64,000 nt of DNA from positions 224,001 to 288,000 of the forward strand of contig JAZIGN010000001.1 of assembly GCA_036679065.1 (NCBI GenBank), given 5' to 3'. Origin of the DNA: Coprothermobacterota bacterium (lineage in GTDB: Bacteria > Coprothermobacterota > Coprothermobacteria > Coprothermobacterales > Coprothermobacteraceae). The position numbers and the translations under genes were made by a program. Shown here piece by piece: positions 20,312 through 30,381 of this stretch (positions are counted from its first letter, which is position 1; each line of letters begins with the position of its first letter). The notes beneath the pieces were generated by a model. It saw nothing but the letters and a program-made list of their open reading frames with translations. It did no database searches and was not told where the DNA came from.

Positions 20312-22172
20312 ACAATGTGATTTGAAATCACTTAAGAATTTGGCTCAGGAAATTAGATCATTCATATTAGAATCAGTCCACAAGCAAGGTGGACACGTAG
20401 CATCTAATCTGGGTATGGTGGAGATAACTTTGGGCATAGCCCAAGTTTTTGACCTTGATCAAGATGCTGTTATTTTTGATACCTCTCACCAAAGCTATAC
20501 GTATAAACTACTGACACGAAGATCCGAAGATCTGCCTACTATTCGGACGTTGGGCGGATTATCGGGATTTACAGATCCAGTTGAGTCAACTTATGATAAG
20601 TACTATGCTGGTCACGCTGGTACAGGCTTAAGCCTTGCTTACGGTGAGGCAATGGCTAGAAAACTAAAAGGGGTGCCCGGGCGTGTGCTCGTAGTGGTAG
20701 GCGACGGTGCTCTGACCAACGGCATTAGTTATGAAGGATTAAACAACATAGGTGCCAGTGGGCTGCCCATAGTGATCATTCTCAATGACAATGAACACAG
20801 CATTTCTAAAAATGTGGGAGCTATGGCTGCATATTTGGCCAAACTAAGATCTTCAGGTACCTACAAGAGCATGAAAAAATTCGTTACAAGCACTCTGAGA
20901 AAGGCTGGGGCTAAGAACATTGAAGATGCTCTTGAAAAAGCGAAGTTGGCACTCAAGGAAGCGTTTCAGTTAGATACGTTCTTCGAGAAGCTTGGAATTG
21001 TGTATTTAGGGCCCTTTGATGGGAACGACTTGGAGTCTGTGCTTATAGCTCTGGAAATAGCTCAGAGTTTTGATAAGCCAACGGTGGTTCACTTCTTGAC
21101 AAGAAAGGGCGCAGGCTATGAGCCCGCAGAAAAGTCTCCGGTGGCATTCCATAGTGCGGCTCCGTTCAATATTAGAACGGGCGAAATGAAACCTGAAACT
21201 TCGAGAACCTTTACAAAGGCATTTGGGGACTTTATGGCTGAGATTGGCAAAGACACTGATGTGGTTGCACTCACAGCTGCCATGACTGACGGTACTGGGC
21301 TCAGTCAATTTGCAGAGAGATATCCAGACCGTTTTATTGATGTAGGTATTGCAGAAGAACACGTGGTACTAACTGCTAGTGCAATGTCGTCTCATGGTCT
21401 TAAGCCTGTTGTGGCAGTTTATTCCACCTTTCTGCAGCGCTCCTATGATCAACTCTTACATGACATAGCCCTACCAAAAAAGCATGTGGTGTTTGCTTTA
21501 GATAGGGCCGGGCTTGTTCCGTCGGATGGCCCAACCCATCAAGGTCTATGGGATATTGCCTATGCTTTGCACGTACCAAACAGCCGAATTTATACTCCTT
21601 TTGATGAAGAGTCCCTCATACGGTCATTACGGGAGGCTCTGGAATGCGATGTTCCTTGTTTTGTGCGTTACCCTAAAGCAGTACTCACACAGGTGGAGCT
21701 CGAAAACCATGGCAGCTTTGTCTATGCAGGCTTTGGACAAGATGTCACACTGGTCGCTTACGGCCCTATGGTAATTCAGGCAGCAGATGCTTTGGACCAT
21801 CTAAAGAATTACGGTATTATGGGGGAGGTTTTTGGTCTTTGGCAGGTTCGTCCCCTGCCCGATGGATTATGGGAGCATCTTCAGGGGAAAAGAAGCATTT
21901 ATGTAGTGGAGGAAGGTATTAAAGACTATGGCGCTGCAGCTTTTCTGAGAAGTTTGGGACTGGAAGTGTACTCCTTGGGTGTTGCAGATCCATTTGTTCC
22001 TGCTGGAACCAGAGAGCAACTTCTTCAACTGTGCCATTTGGATGCTGAGGGCATAGCAAAAAGAATAACAAGGCGTGAACTGTTGCGTCGCCCGCTGAAG
22101 CAGGCGAAAACGGGCTTTTCGCCATCAGAACCTTCTGTAGTACCATCATTAGTTAGAAAAAGACCAAGCTAG
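20283..22172 (+). CDS. dxs: 1-deoxy-D-xylulose-5-phosphate synthase
   Basis: GGH.ASNLG.VE, FD..HQ.Y..K, GDGALT.G..YE.LNN, LNDN, DVGIAEEH, YSTFLQR, DGPTHQG. Confidence 0.95.
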   Translation: MQIQDYQNLKQCDLKSLKNLAQEIRSFILESVHKQGGHVASNLGMVEITLGIAQVFDLDQDAVIFDTSHQSYTYKLLTRRSEDLPTIRTLGGLSGFTDPVESTYDKYYAGHAGTGLSLAYGEAMARKLKGVPGRVLVVVGDGALTNGISYEGLNNIGASGLPIVIILNDNEHSISKNVGAMAAYLAKLRSSGTYKSMKKFVTSTLRKAGAKNIEDALEKAKLALKEAFQLDTFFEKLGIVYLGPFDGNDLESVLIALEIAQSFDKPTVVHFLTRKGAGYEPAEKSPVAFHSAAPFNIRTGEMKPETSRTFTKAFGDFMAEIGKDTDVVALTAAMTDGTGLSQFAERYPDRFIDVGIAEEHVVLTASAMSSHGLKPVVAVYSTFLQRSYDQLLHDIALPKKHVVFALDRAGLVPSDGPTHQGLWDIAYALHVPNSRIYTPFDEESLIRSLREALECDVPCFVRYPKAVLTQVELENHGSFVYAGFGQDVTLVAYGPMVIQAADALDHLKNYGIMGEVFGLWQVRPLPDGLWEHLQGKRSIYVVEEGIKDYGAAAFLRSLGLEVYSLGVADPFVPAGTREQLLQLCHLDAEGIAKRITRRELLRRPLKQAKTGFSPSEPSVVPSLVRKRPS

Positions 22173-22251
22173 GTAGATCCTTTTTCATTTATCACAACGT
22201 GCATGAGTGAGAATGTTTTTTGTTTTCCTTTCTTTTTGAATTAAACTTATA

Positions 22252-23070
22252 ATGATGGGTGGTACAGTACGTTTTAAAAGTTTTCATATCGAATCGCATC
22301 TGTGGAAAACTTCGGCTTTTGAGGTTGTAGAGCTTTTTAGACAAACGGCTCGAACTAGGGGTCTTGAAGAAACAACGTGTCAAGATGCCGATGTCTTAGT
22401 AGCAATTGGTGGTGATGGAACATTCCTGCGCACGGCGCAAATGGCTTTCACATTCAAAAAACCTTTTTGGAGCCTTGGAACCGGGAGGTTGAACTTTCTT
22501 CCAAACAATGTTCCTGATATTCACAAAGCCATGGTAGATTTTTTCGAAGGTGACTTAGAGGTAGAGTATTTACCTGTTTACAGGTGGTTGCTCGGAGAAA
22601 AAGATGTGTCTTCTCGATCTAGTTTTTTTATAAACGATTTGGTAGTAGCAAAACCGGGTTATGACACTACTATAACCCTTAGGGTCCTCGTAGACGGGAT
22701 GGACATCATATCTGCGGTTGGAGACGGAGTTATTATAAGCACGCCTTTGGGTTCTACTGCTTATAACCTTTCGGCTGGTGGACCAGTGATGGACAGAGGA
22801 GTAAGAGGATTTTGCGTAACACCGCTAAATGCCCACCAAACTAACCTTAGGCCCCTCATAGTACCTGAAGAGCGAGAAATCGGCGTGCAAGTCATTGAAG
22901 CATACAAAGGGGCTGTAGCGGTGGCTGATGGAAGCACCAGTTGCCAGCTCCCGGTGTCAAAGATGATCAGAATCTGGAGTTCAGGGGAAGTTGTAAAACA
23001 TCTTATAAACCGAGATGCTATGACTTTCTACGAGAGAGTCATTAGAAAGTTCGGTTGGTTAGGTTCATGA
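22252..23070 (+). CDS. nadK: NAD(+) kinase
   Basis: GGDGT, G.L.FL, ND, DG.IISTP.GSTAYNLSAGGP. Confidence 0.95.
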   Translation: MMGGTVRFKSFHIESHLWKTSAFEVVELFRQTARTRGLEETTCQDADVLVAIGGDGTFLRTAQMAFTFKKPFWSLGTGRLNFLPNNVPDIHKAMVDFFEGDLEVEYLPVYRWLLGEKDVSSRSSFFINDLVVAKPGYDTTITLRVLVDGMDIISAVGDGVIISTPLGSTAYNLSAGGPVMDRGVRGFCVTPLNAHQTNLRPLIVPEEREIGVQVIEAYKGAVAVADGSTSCQLPVSKMIRIWSSGEVVKHLINRDAMTFYERVIRKFGWLGS

Positions 23071-24668
23071 TTTCAAGTGTAAAATTCAGTGGTTCCGATG
23101 TCATTGAAGATGTTTGCCTTCCTTTTTCAGAAGGTTTGAATGTTATAACAGGCGAAACGGGTACAGGCAAGACAGTACTCATAAACTTGCTCGGCTATAC
23201 GCTGGGCTTTCCATTACAGATCCCGTTCTTTCTGAAGAAGGGACAGGTAGAAGTTCACTTCTCACAAGGACAAGAAGAGTACGTTGTGAAACTACAGTTG
23301 GGTGGTAGTAGGCGAACGTTGGAATTAAACAGCCAGCGGGTTGGCAAGAAACAACTTAGAACGCTGTTTCAAAACCGTGTTATTTTATCTTCACAATTTG
23401 ACTCTAAGATATTAGAATCTTCTGAGCAAATTCTTAGTGTGCTTGATTCATTTGCCGGTTTAGGAGACCTTCATAATACCTACATTTCGGTTTTTGGCAA
23501 ACTAAGTGAAGTAGACAGCTCTCTGAGACGGTTAACAGAGCAGCTTTCTCAGTCAGCAAAAGTGAGGGAAAGTCTACAGTCAGAGCTTGAAGAACTAAGA
23601 GCCTTCGGTCCCAAAGAGGGGGAGTATGAGGAGCTAAAGAGCTTGCTACTGAAAATCAGTGAAAAGGAGCACATAACTGAGGCTAGACGGCAAGTAGTTG
23701 AAATCCTTCAGGAAGAATCACCGTTTTATGAAGGTTTAAAGAGCTTGCGTGCGGCACTTTCATCTCTGAGTACGTTCTATGAGGACGCTTCTACTGCTCT
23801 AAGACTTGTTGACGAACTTCGCCGCAGCTTAGAAACATTGAAATCGGGGTCGGAGGAGCTTGAAGTTAATCAGTCTAATGTTGACGAGATCAACGAACGA
23901 TTGTTCAAGTATGAGAAGTACTTTCGTCGATACGGATTTGGAGAGTCTTCGATTATTGGCAGAATTCATCAGCTCGAAGCAGAACTTCAGCAAATTGATA
24001 GCCTGCCCGACAGATTGGAGGAACTTAGCAAAAGCAGAGAGATGCTAAAAAGCCAGCTTATTGCCGCTGGCCTAGAGTTAGCTAAAAGACGCAGAAATGC
24101 CGTTGAACGGGCTTTAGCAGACATGCAAATGTTCCTTCGTGAGACCAATGTGGAAGGCGATTTTTCGTGGCAATGGGTACCAACAGAGAACAGCTCGTTG
24201 GGCTTGGAAATTCCACAAATTGGCATGGTAAGATCTGGACAGTTTGTTCCTGCTTCTGCTCTTTCTGGCGGAGAAAAGAATCGACTTTTACTCGCTTTTA
24301 GAGTAGTATTTAGTTTCCCCAATTCAGTTCTCATATTTGACGAGCCTGATGCTGGTCTTGGAGGTGAAACGCTTTCGAGACTAGTAAACCTTCTTAAACG
24401 GGTGTCTGAGAATAGGCAGATCATATTAATTACTCACAATCCGCAAGTGGCAGCTGCTGCCAAGAGTCACTTCTTGGTGGAGAGAATATTAAATGATGAT
24501 AAAATGCGTGTTAAAATAAACTTGTTACAAGGTCAAAGGAGGATCCACGAAGTAGCAAAGATGATAGCTGGACAGTACGTTACTGCCACAACGCTGGAAT
24601 TAGCCAGCGAGCTGGTTAACCGACTCTCAGGAGGTGAACCGTTTGGAGAAGTTTATACTGGTGATTAA
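23067..24668 (+). CDS. recN: DNA repair protein RecN
   Basis: GLNVITGETGTGKT, coiled coil, LSGGE..R, IFDE.D.G.GG, ITH.PQVAA. Confidence 0.92.
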   Translation: MISSVKFSGSDVIEDVCLPFSEGLNVITGETGTGKTVLINLLGYTLGFPLQIPFFLKKGQVEVHFSQGQEEYVVKLQLGGSRRTLELNSQRVGKKQLRTLFQNRVILSSQFDSKILESSEQILSVLDSFAGLGDLHNTYISVFGKLSEVDSSLRRLTEQLSQSAKVRESLQSELEELRAFGPKEGEYEELKSLLLKISEKEHITEARRQVVEILQEESPFYEGLKSLRAALSSLSTFYEDASTALRLVDELRRSLETLKSGSEELEVNQSNVDEINERLFKYEKYFRRYGFGESSIIGRIHQLEAELQQIDSLPDRLEELSKSREMLKSQLIAAGLELAKRRRNAVERALADMQMFLRETNVEGDFSWQWVPTENSSLGLEIPQIGMVRSGQFVPASALSGGEKNRLLLAFRVVFSFPNSVLIFDEPDAGLGGETLSRLVNLLKRVSENRQIILITHNPQVAAAAKSHFLVERILNDDKMRVKINLLQGQRRIHEVAKMIAGQYVTATTLELASELVNRLSGGEPFGEVYTGD

Positions 24669-25734
24669 TCCTGGGTCTACTTCTACGAAATTAGCACTGT
24701 TTCGAGCTTTGGAGAATGAAGTTGAAGTTGCAGTTGAAGAAAATGTTTCGGTGCCCGTAGACCTATTGGAGCAGAAGCCTCACTACGTCGATCAAATTGA
24801 CTTCAGACTACAGCAGGTATTGGAGTTCATTGACAAACACGGTGTTACATCTGACCAAATACTTTGCATCGCATCCCGTGGTGGTCCCATAAAACCATTG
24901 CCTGCTGGAACCTATAAGATCACCAAAGAAATAGAACGGGACATAATGCAGGAGCGCATATTAAGTCCTCACAGCTCACTCATAGGACCTGTTGTGGCTT
25001 TTAGGCTTTCTCAGGAGTGGGGTGTCCCGGCTTATTTCACTGATCCAGTATCGGTGGACGAATTCATACCTGAGGCTAAGGTCAGTGGATTGCCCGAGAT
25101 TCCGCGCTACAGTGCGCTTCATGCTCTCAATTTAAGGGCTGTGGCAAGAAAGTACGCTGAATCCAAAGGAAAATCAATAGACGAACTTACGGCAGTGATA
25201 GCCCATTTGGGTGGCGGTTTTAGCATTGCTGCCCTAGAAAAGGGAGAGCTCATCGACTCAACTAACCCCAATGAAGAGGGCCCTTTTCAGCTAGAAAGGG
25301 CAGGTTCTTTGCCAGTCTCGGACTTCGTAAATTACATCTACGAGAATTGGCCTGATCAAAAGAATCTACGAAGACGTATATCTGGGAAAGGCGGGTTAGT
25401 AGCCTATTTTGGCACAAACGATTTTAGAGAAATATTAAAGCTTTCTAAAGAGGATAAAGACAAAGCTTTGGTGCTTGAGAGCATGTATTACCAGGTTGCA
25501 AAGTACATAGCTGCCATGAATGCAGTGCTTCGGAATGAGGCTGAAGTTATCATCCTCACCGGAGGTATTGTCTACAATGACGAGGCTGTGGATGGAATAA
25601 AGCGGTACAGCAGTTGGCTTAAAAAACCTTATGCCATTTACCCTGGTGGGTACGAGATGGAAGCTTTGGCAATCGGTGCGTTTAGAGCCTTTAAGGGTAT
25701 TGAACCTTTGCGTGTTTATGGGGGTAACGACTAA
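24634..25734 (+). CDS. buk: butyrate / branched-chain carboxylate kinase 1
   Basis: INPGSTSTK, RGG, DPVSVDE, HALN, AHLGGG, ERAG, PG..EM.ALA.G. Confidence 0.93.
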   Translation: MNRLEKFILVINPGSTSTKLALFRALENEVEVAVEENVSVPVDLLEQKPHYVDQIDFRLQQVLEFIDKHGVTSDQILCIASRGGPIKPLPAGTYKITKEIERDIMQERILSPHSSLIGPVVAFRLSQEWGVPAYFTDPVSVDEFIPEAKVSGLPEIPRYSALHALNLRAVARKYAESKGKSIDELTAVIAHLGGGFSIAALEKGELIDSTNPNEEGPFQLERAGSLPVSDFVNYIYENWPDQKNLRRRISGKGGLVAYFGTNDFREILKLSKEDKDKALVLESMYYQVAKYIAAMNAVLRNEAEVIILTGGIVYNDEAVDGIKRYSSWLKKPYAIYPGGYEMEALAIGAFRAFKGIEPLRVYGGND

Positions 25735-25735
25735 T

Positions 25736-26629
25736 ATGGCTATAAATAGTTTACAGAGCTTGCTGGACATGGCAAAGAAAAGTGAAAATCAGAGGGTAGC
25801 TGTTGCAGGCTTTGATGAGGAATCAAAGCAAGCCATAGAAAGAGCTGCAAATGAGCTAGGCTTGGCATTTACGGTGTTTGATTGGCGTTTCCATGGAGAA
25901 ATAGGACTGCCGTCGCAGGTGGAGTTTGTGAATTGTTCATCTCCTGAGGAAAGTGCGTTTCAAGCAGCAAAAGCAGTTTCCGATGGACATTGTTCCATAG
26001 TTATGAAAGGGTTTGTAAGCACTTCAACCTTTTTAAAGGCCATATTGGATAAGAGTTTATCGTTGAGGGGCAAGGGGCTTATGTCTCATTTGGCCCTTTT
26101 CGAGGTCCCCACATATCACAAAATCATTGGTGTGACTGATGGTGGCATGATAATAGCTCCCGATTTAGAGCAGAAGGTTCAAATAATTGAAAATGCTGTG
26201 TCGTTTTTTGATGCGATGCATTACGAGCAAATCAAGGTTGCTGTTCTCTGCGCTGAAGAAAGGCCGAATCCCAACATGCCCTGCACCTTGGATGCTGCAG
26301 TTTTGAGAACGATGAGTGAGCGTGGTGAGTTTGGCAAGAACGTACTAGTAGACGGACCATTGGCTTTTGACTTGGCTTTTAGCGCTAGAGCTGCTCAAGT
26401 AAAAGGTGTGAGCTCACCAGTAGCAGGCGATGCGGACGTGCTGCTTGTTCCTGATATTGAAGCTGGTAATCTGCTGGGCAAAAGTTTTTCTTTCCTCTGT
26501 GGAGGTAAAATGGCGGGGTTGGTGTTAGGTGCAAATTGTCCTGTAATTTTGCCGTCGCGTTCTGACAGCGACGAGAACAAGTTTTATTCAATCGTGGCAG
26601 CTGTTGCCTTCACAGGAGGTGCTCAGTAA
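25736..26629 (+). CDS. ptb: phosphate butyryltransferase
   Basis: MKG...T, TDGG..I.P, DGPLAFD.A.S, ADVLLVP.IEAGN, SRSDS. Confidence 0.93.
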   Translation: MAINSLQSLLDMAKKSENQRVAVAGFDEESKQAIERAANELGLAFTVFDWRFHGEIGLPSQVEFVNCSSPEESAFQAAKAVSDGHCSIVMKGFVSTSTFLKAILDKSLSLRGKGLMSHLALFEVPTYHKIIGVTDGGMIIAPDLEQKVQIIENAVSFFDAMHYEQIKVAVLCAEERPNPNMPCTLDAAVLRTMSERGEFGKNVLVDGPLAFDLAFSARAAQVKGVSSPVAGDADVLLVPDIEAGNLLGKSFSFLCGGKMAGLVLGANCPVILPSRSDSDENKFYSIVAAVAFTGGAQ

Positions 26630-27699
26630 TGGGATTTCAAATATTAACCATAAACCCGGGTTCTACAAGTACGAAAGTTGCCTGGTTTGATGATGATAAG
26701 TTGGTTTGGAAGGATTCAGTGGAGCACGATACTGTAACGCTGTCACAGTTTCCTAGTATTGCTGCTCAGTTTGAACTGAGAGCTTCAGAAGTGGAAAAAG
26801 CCGTAGAAAAGCACGGCAGTGATTTGAACACCCTCGATGCTGTTGTGGGACGTGGCGGTTTGCTTCGCCCCATCTCCAGTGGTGTGTATAGTGTGAATGA
26901 GACCATGCTTAAAGAGCTTATCGATGCACGCTATGGTGAGCATGCATCAAACTTAGGCGCTCCCATTGCCCATGCTATAGCATCAAAAGTCGGGTGTCCT
27001 GCTTTCATTGTTGACCCGGTAGTAGTTGACGAAATGGATGACATTTCCAAGCTTAGCGGTTGGCCTGAACTTCCTCGAAAGAGTATTTTTCATGCTCTAA
27101 ATCAGAAAGCAGTTGCTCGTCGCGTGGCAAGGGATTTTTTCTCAGTACCTTATGAACAGCTCAATCTCATAGTAGCTCACCTAGGTGGTGGCATTAGCAT
27201 TGGCGCTCACAAAAAGGGACGCGTTGTGGATGTGAATAACGCTCTTGGTGGAGAAGGACCTATGAGCCCTGAAAGAGCAGGGACCCTGCCCATCATGAAA
27301 CTAGCAGATTATCTGTACGAGCACAAACCTGATAGAAAAGAGTTTTCTAAGAAGCTCGTTGGTAAAGGTGGATGGGTAGCCCACCTAGGAACAAATAGTG
27401 GTAAAGATCTAGAGGAACGTGTGAAAAATGGAGATGAACATGCAATACTTATCCTAAAAGCCACCGGTTATCAAATTAGTAAGTGGATAGCTCAGATGGC
27501 TGTGGCGCTAGCAGGGGAAGTAGACGGAATAATCATAACAGGCGGGCTGGCATATATCCCTGAGTTAGTTGACTTTATTCAGGAAAGAGTCCTCTGGATC
27601 GCTCCTGTTTTTGTTGTGCCTGGAGAGGATGAAATGCTGGCTTTAGCAGAAGGCGCTCTTAGAGTGCTACGAGGACAGGAGGAAGCGAAGACATACTAG
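26629..27699 (+). CDS. buk: butyrate / branched-chain carboxylate kinase 2
   Basis: INPGSTSTK, GRGG, EHASNLG, HALNQKA, PERAG, PGEDEM.ALA.G. Confidence 0.95.
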   Translation: MGFQILTINPGSTSTKVAWFDDDKLVWKDSVEHDTVTLSQFPSIAAQFELRASEVEKAVEKHGSDLNTLDAVVGRGGLLRPISSGVYSVNETMLKELIDARYGEHASNLGAPIAHAIASKVGCPAFIVDPVVVDEMDDISKLSGWPELPRKSIFHALNQKAVARRVARDFFSVPYEQLNLIVAHLGGGISIGAHKKGRVVDVNNALGGEGPMSPERAGTLPIMKLADYLYEHKPDRKEFSKKLVGKGGWVAHLGTNSGKDLEERVKNGDEHAILILKATGYQISKWIAQMAVALAGEVDGIIITGGLAYIPELVDFIQERVLWIAPVFVVPGEDEMLALAEGALRVLRGQEEAKTY

Positions 27700-27700
27700 C

Positions 27701-28333
27701 ATGATTGCTCAATTAAGCACGTTTTTCGATGAGGAGAGTTTGATTGCGCTAACAGGACCTCGTGGTTCAGGTAAGACAGAAATTGCAATTAACTTGATGG
27801 CGAATTTCGACAATGTTCAGGTTTACGACGCTGACATGTACAAACCTTTGATGAGAGCTCGAGATGTCGCAATGGGCGACCGAAGGGAGGGAAGTATAAA
27901 CCCTCAGTGGAAATACATGGATACACCTGTTATTGAATATACTCCTGAAGTATGGTTGAAACAAGGGCTTAAAGTAGTTTTGGACATGGGTGGTGGCGAA
28001 CTTGGACTGGTTCCCTTAACCACCATAAAGAACTTGCTGCGGGATAGGAACATATTGTTTTATGTAGTGGTTAACCCTTATAGGCCGCAAGCAGATTTTT
28101 TGGTAAGACGCGTTCTGTCCATGCTTCCTGAACCACCGAATTTTATTCTGAATCCACATCTATTGGATGAAACGGATGCGGATGTGGTTCTCCATGGTTT
28201 GGAACTTTATAAGGAAATGCACTTGCCTGAGCCAAGCATTTTGGTACTGTTGGAACAAGTGGCTAAAGAGGTCGAGAAGGTGGTAGATTTACCACTTTTC
28301 CCAATAAGAAGATATTTGCAAATGGAGGTGTAA
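27701..28333 (+). CDS. P-loop NTPase-like hypothetical protein
   Basis: GPRGSGKTE.A.N Walker A, D.D...P..R.R, LD.GG, VVNPYRP. Confidence 0.75.
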   Translation: MIAQLSTFFDEESLIALTGPRGSGKTEIAINLMANFDNVQVYDADMYKPLMRARDVAMGDRREGSINPQWKYMDTPVIEYTPEVWLKQGLKVVLDMGGGELGLVPLTTIKNLLRDRNILFYVVVNPYRPQADFLVRRVLSMLPEPPNFILNPHLLDETDADVVLHGLELYKEMHLPEPSILVLLEQVAKEVEKVVDLPLFPIRRYLQMEV

Positions 28334-28337
28334 GAGC

Positions 28338-28571
28338 ATGAGTGAACAGGCTCTAAAAGTTGTCATCGATGAAGAGCTATGCAAGCAATGCGAGCTCTGT
28401 GTCGCAATTTGTCCCATGCATGTGCTGAGGATTTCTAGCAAAATAAACAGCAAAGGTTTCCACCCTGCAGAGCTTTTTGACAATGACAAATGCATAAGCT
28501 GTGGATTTTGTGCTATGACATGCCCTGAAAGGGCTATCGCTGTTTACAAGCCGGAGGTGGAAAAAGCATGA
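28338..28571 (+). CDS. 2-oxoacid:ferredoxin oxidoreductase delta subunit (2x4Fe-4S)
   Basis: two CxxCxxCxxxCP motifs. Confidence 0.93.
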   Translation: MSEQALKVVIDEELCKQCELCVAICPMHVLRISSKINSKGFHPAELFDNDKCISCGFCAMTCPERAIAVYKPEVEKA

Positions 28572-29623
28572 GTGAACGCATATTGATGAAGGGTAATGAG
28601 GCTGTTGGCGAAGCAGCAGTGAGAGCCGGTTGTAGATTGTATTTCGGGTACCCCATAACACCTGCTAGTGAAATTGCAGAGTACATGGCATACCGCTTAC
28701 CACAGGTGGGAGGAATATTCATCCAAGCCGAGTCTGAGCTCGCTGCGTCGAACATGGTCTATGGTGCGGCAGCAGCGGGAAAGTATGCCATGACGGCCTC
28801 AAGTAGTCCTGGTATATCCCTTATGCAAGAAGCACTTTCTTATATGGCAGGAGCGGAAGTTCCAGGTTTATTTGTGGATGCTGTACGCGGCGGTCCAGGA
28901 CTGGGTGATATTCAGGCTGCTCAGAGCGATTATTTCCAATTGACCAAAGGCGGTGGCCATGGCGACTATCATTTAATTGTGTTCGCACCATACACCATAC
29001 AAGAGGTCATAAACATTATGCCCGTCGCATTTGAGACGGCTTTTAAGTATAGAAACCCTGTTGTGATTGCCATAGATGGTCTAATCGGCCAAATGATGGA
29101 AGCCGTGGAATTTCCATACTTTGTTAACCCAGATGAGATCGCGCTGCCAGATTGGGCACTGAGCGGTAAATTCCGTCATGGAAATAAGAAGAACGTAAAT
29201 ACTTCGCTGGAATTGGATCCAGAAAAACTTGAAGCCATTAACTGGCGTTTGCAAGCAAAATATCGTGAAATAGAAGAAAAAGAATCGAGATACGATTATG
29301 TAGGTGTGGACAATCCTGAGACACTGGTGGTTGCATATGGTACAGTAGCCAGGGTCACTATGTCGGCGCTTAAGAAGATGCTTGGGGAAGGTAAGAGTAT
29401 AGGGCTATTTAGGCCAATAACCATATGGCCGTTCCCAGGTAAGGCGTTAGCTCAAAAGGCTGCCAATGCAAAACGTATTGTGGCACTGGAAATGTCTGCT
29501 GGCCAAATGATTGAGGATGTGAAGTTAAGCGTGTTCGATCCCAATAAGGAATATGAGTTCCATGGACATCCAGGCGGAACAACATTTACGCCTTCCGAAA
29601 TAGAGCAAATACTAAGAGGGTGA
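28568..29623 (+). CDS. vorB: 2-oxoacid:ferredoxin oxidoreductase alpha subunit (VorB-like)
   Basis: MKGNEA, GYPITP, QAESE, SSSPG.SL..E, RGGPGLG, Q.DYFQ..KGGGHGD. Confidence 0.92.
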   Translation: MSERILMKGNEAVGEAAVRAGCRLYFGYPITPASEIAEYMAYRLPQVGGIFIQAESELAASNMVYGAAAAGKYAMTASSSPGISLMQEALSYMAGAEVPGLFVDAVRGGPGLGDIQAAQSDYFQLTKGGGHGDYHLIVFAPYTIQEVINIMPVAFETAFKYRNPVVIAIDGLIGQMMEAVEFPYFVNPDEIALPDWALSGKFRHGNKKNVNTSLELDPEKLEAINWRLQAKYREIEEKESRYDYVGVDNPETLVVAYGTVARVTMSALKKMLGEGKSIGLFRPITIWPFPGKALAQKAANAKRIVALEMSAGQMIEDVKLSVFDPNKEYEFHGHPGGTTFTPSEIEQILRG

Positions 29624-30381
29624 TGTGCATGAAGATAGTTTATGAGAGACCAAAAACATTGGAAAAGGTGGTGAACCACTATTGCCCTGGTTGTCACCAT
29701 GGCATATTGCACGCTCTCATCGCTGAAGTCTTGGATGAAATGAATCTGGCTGACAAGACTGTTGGCGTGGCCCCGGTAGGATGCGCTGTCATGGCATACA
29801 ACTACCTAGACATTGACTGGATAGAGGCACCGCATGGACGCGCAGTAGCCATAGCTACGGGTATAAAACTAGCTCATCCAGACATTTTGGTGTTTACCTA
29901 TCAAGGAGACGGTGATGCGGCATCGATTGGCCTAGCTGAGACGCTTTATGGCGCCATTAGAGGAATAAATGTGACCACTTTCATGTACAACAACGCAATT
30001 TACGGCATGACAGGCGGACAGATGGCTCCTACCACACTCATAGGCATGAAAACTACTACATCTCCCTATGGAAGAGATCCTAGACGCGAAGGTTATCCAG
30101 TGAAAATGGCAGAAACTATTGCTTTGCAAGATGGTACGGCTTTTTCAGTCCGGAGTGCGCTTTTTAATCCGAAAGCTATCACTGAAACTAAAAACCACAT
30201 TAGGCACGCTTTTGAGCTTCAAATGAATGGTGAAGGATTTACATTCCTTGAAGTAGTTGGCACTTGCCCAACTAACTGGGGAATGACTCCTGTAGAAGCC
30301 AGCGAATTTGCAAAGAATGAAATGGTAAAGACATATCCGCTTGGGATTAAGAAAGATGTAAAAAGGAGTGAGACAAGATGA
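29620..30381 (+). CDS. 2-oxoacid:ferredoxin oxidoreductase beta (TPP-binding) subunit
   Basis: HYCPGC.HG, PVGC, HGRA, QGDGD, NN.IYGMTGGQ, CPTNW. Confidence 0.93.
   Translation: MMCMKIVYERPKTLEKVVNHYCPGCHHGILHALIAEVLDEMNLADKTVGVAPVGCAVMAYNYLDIDWIEAPHGRAVAIATGIKLAHPDILVFTYQGDGDAASIGLAETLYGAIRGINVTTFMYNNAIYGMTGGQMAPTTLIGMKTTTSPYGRDPRREGYPVKMAETIALQDGTAFSVRSALFNPKAITETKNHIRHAFELQMNGEGFTFLEVVGTCPTNWGMTPVEASEFAKNEMVKTYPLGIKKDVKRSETR

Noticed and set aside
22130..22200. Fluoride-riboswitch-like TAATGATGGTACTAC on the minus strand, or 6S RNA
   Set aside because: The 5' GGnGATG element, the pseudoknot and the long 6S hairpin are missing
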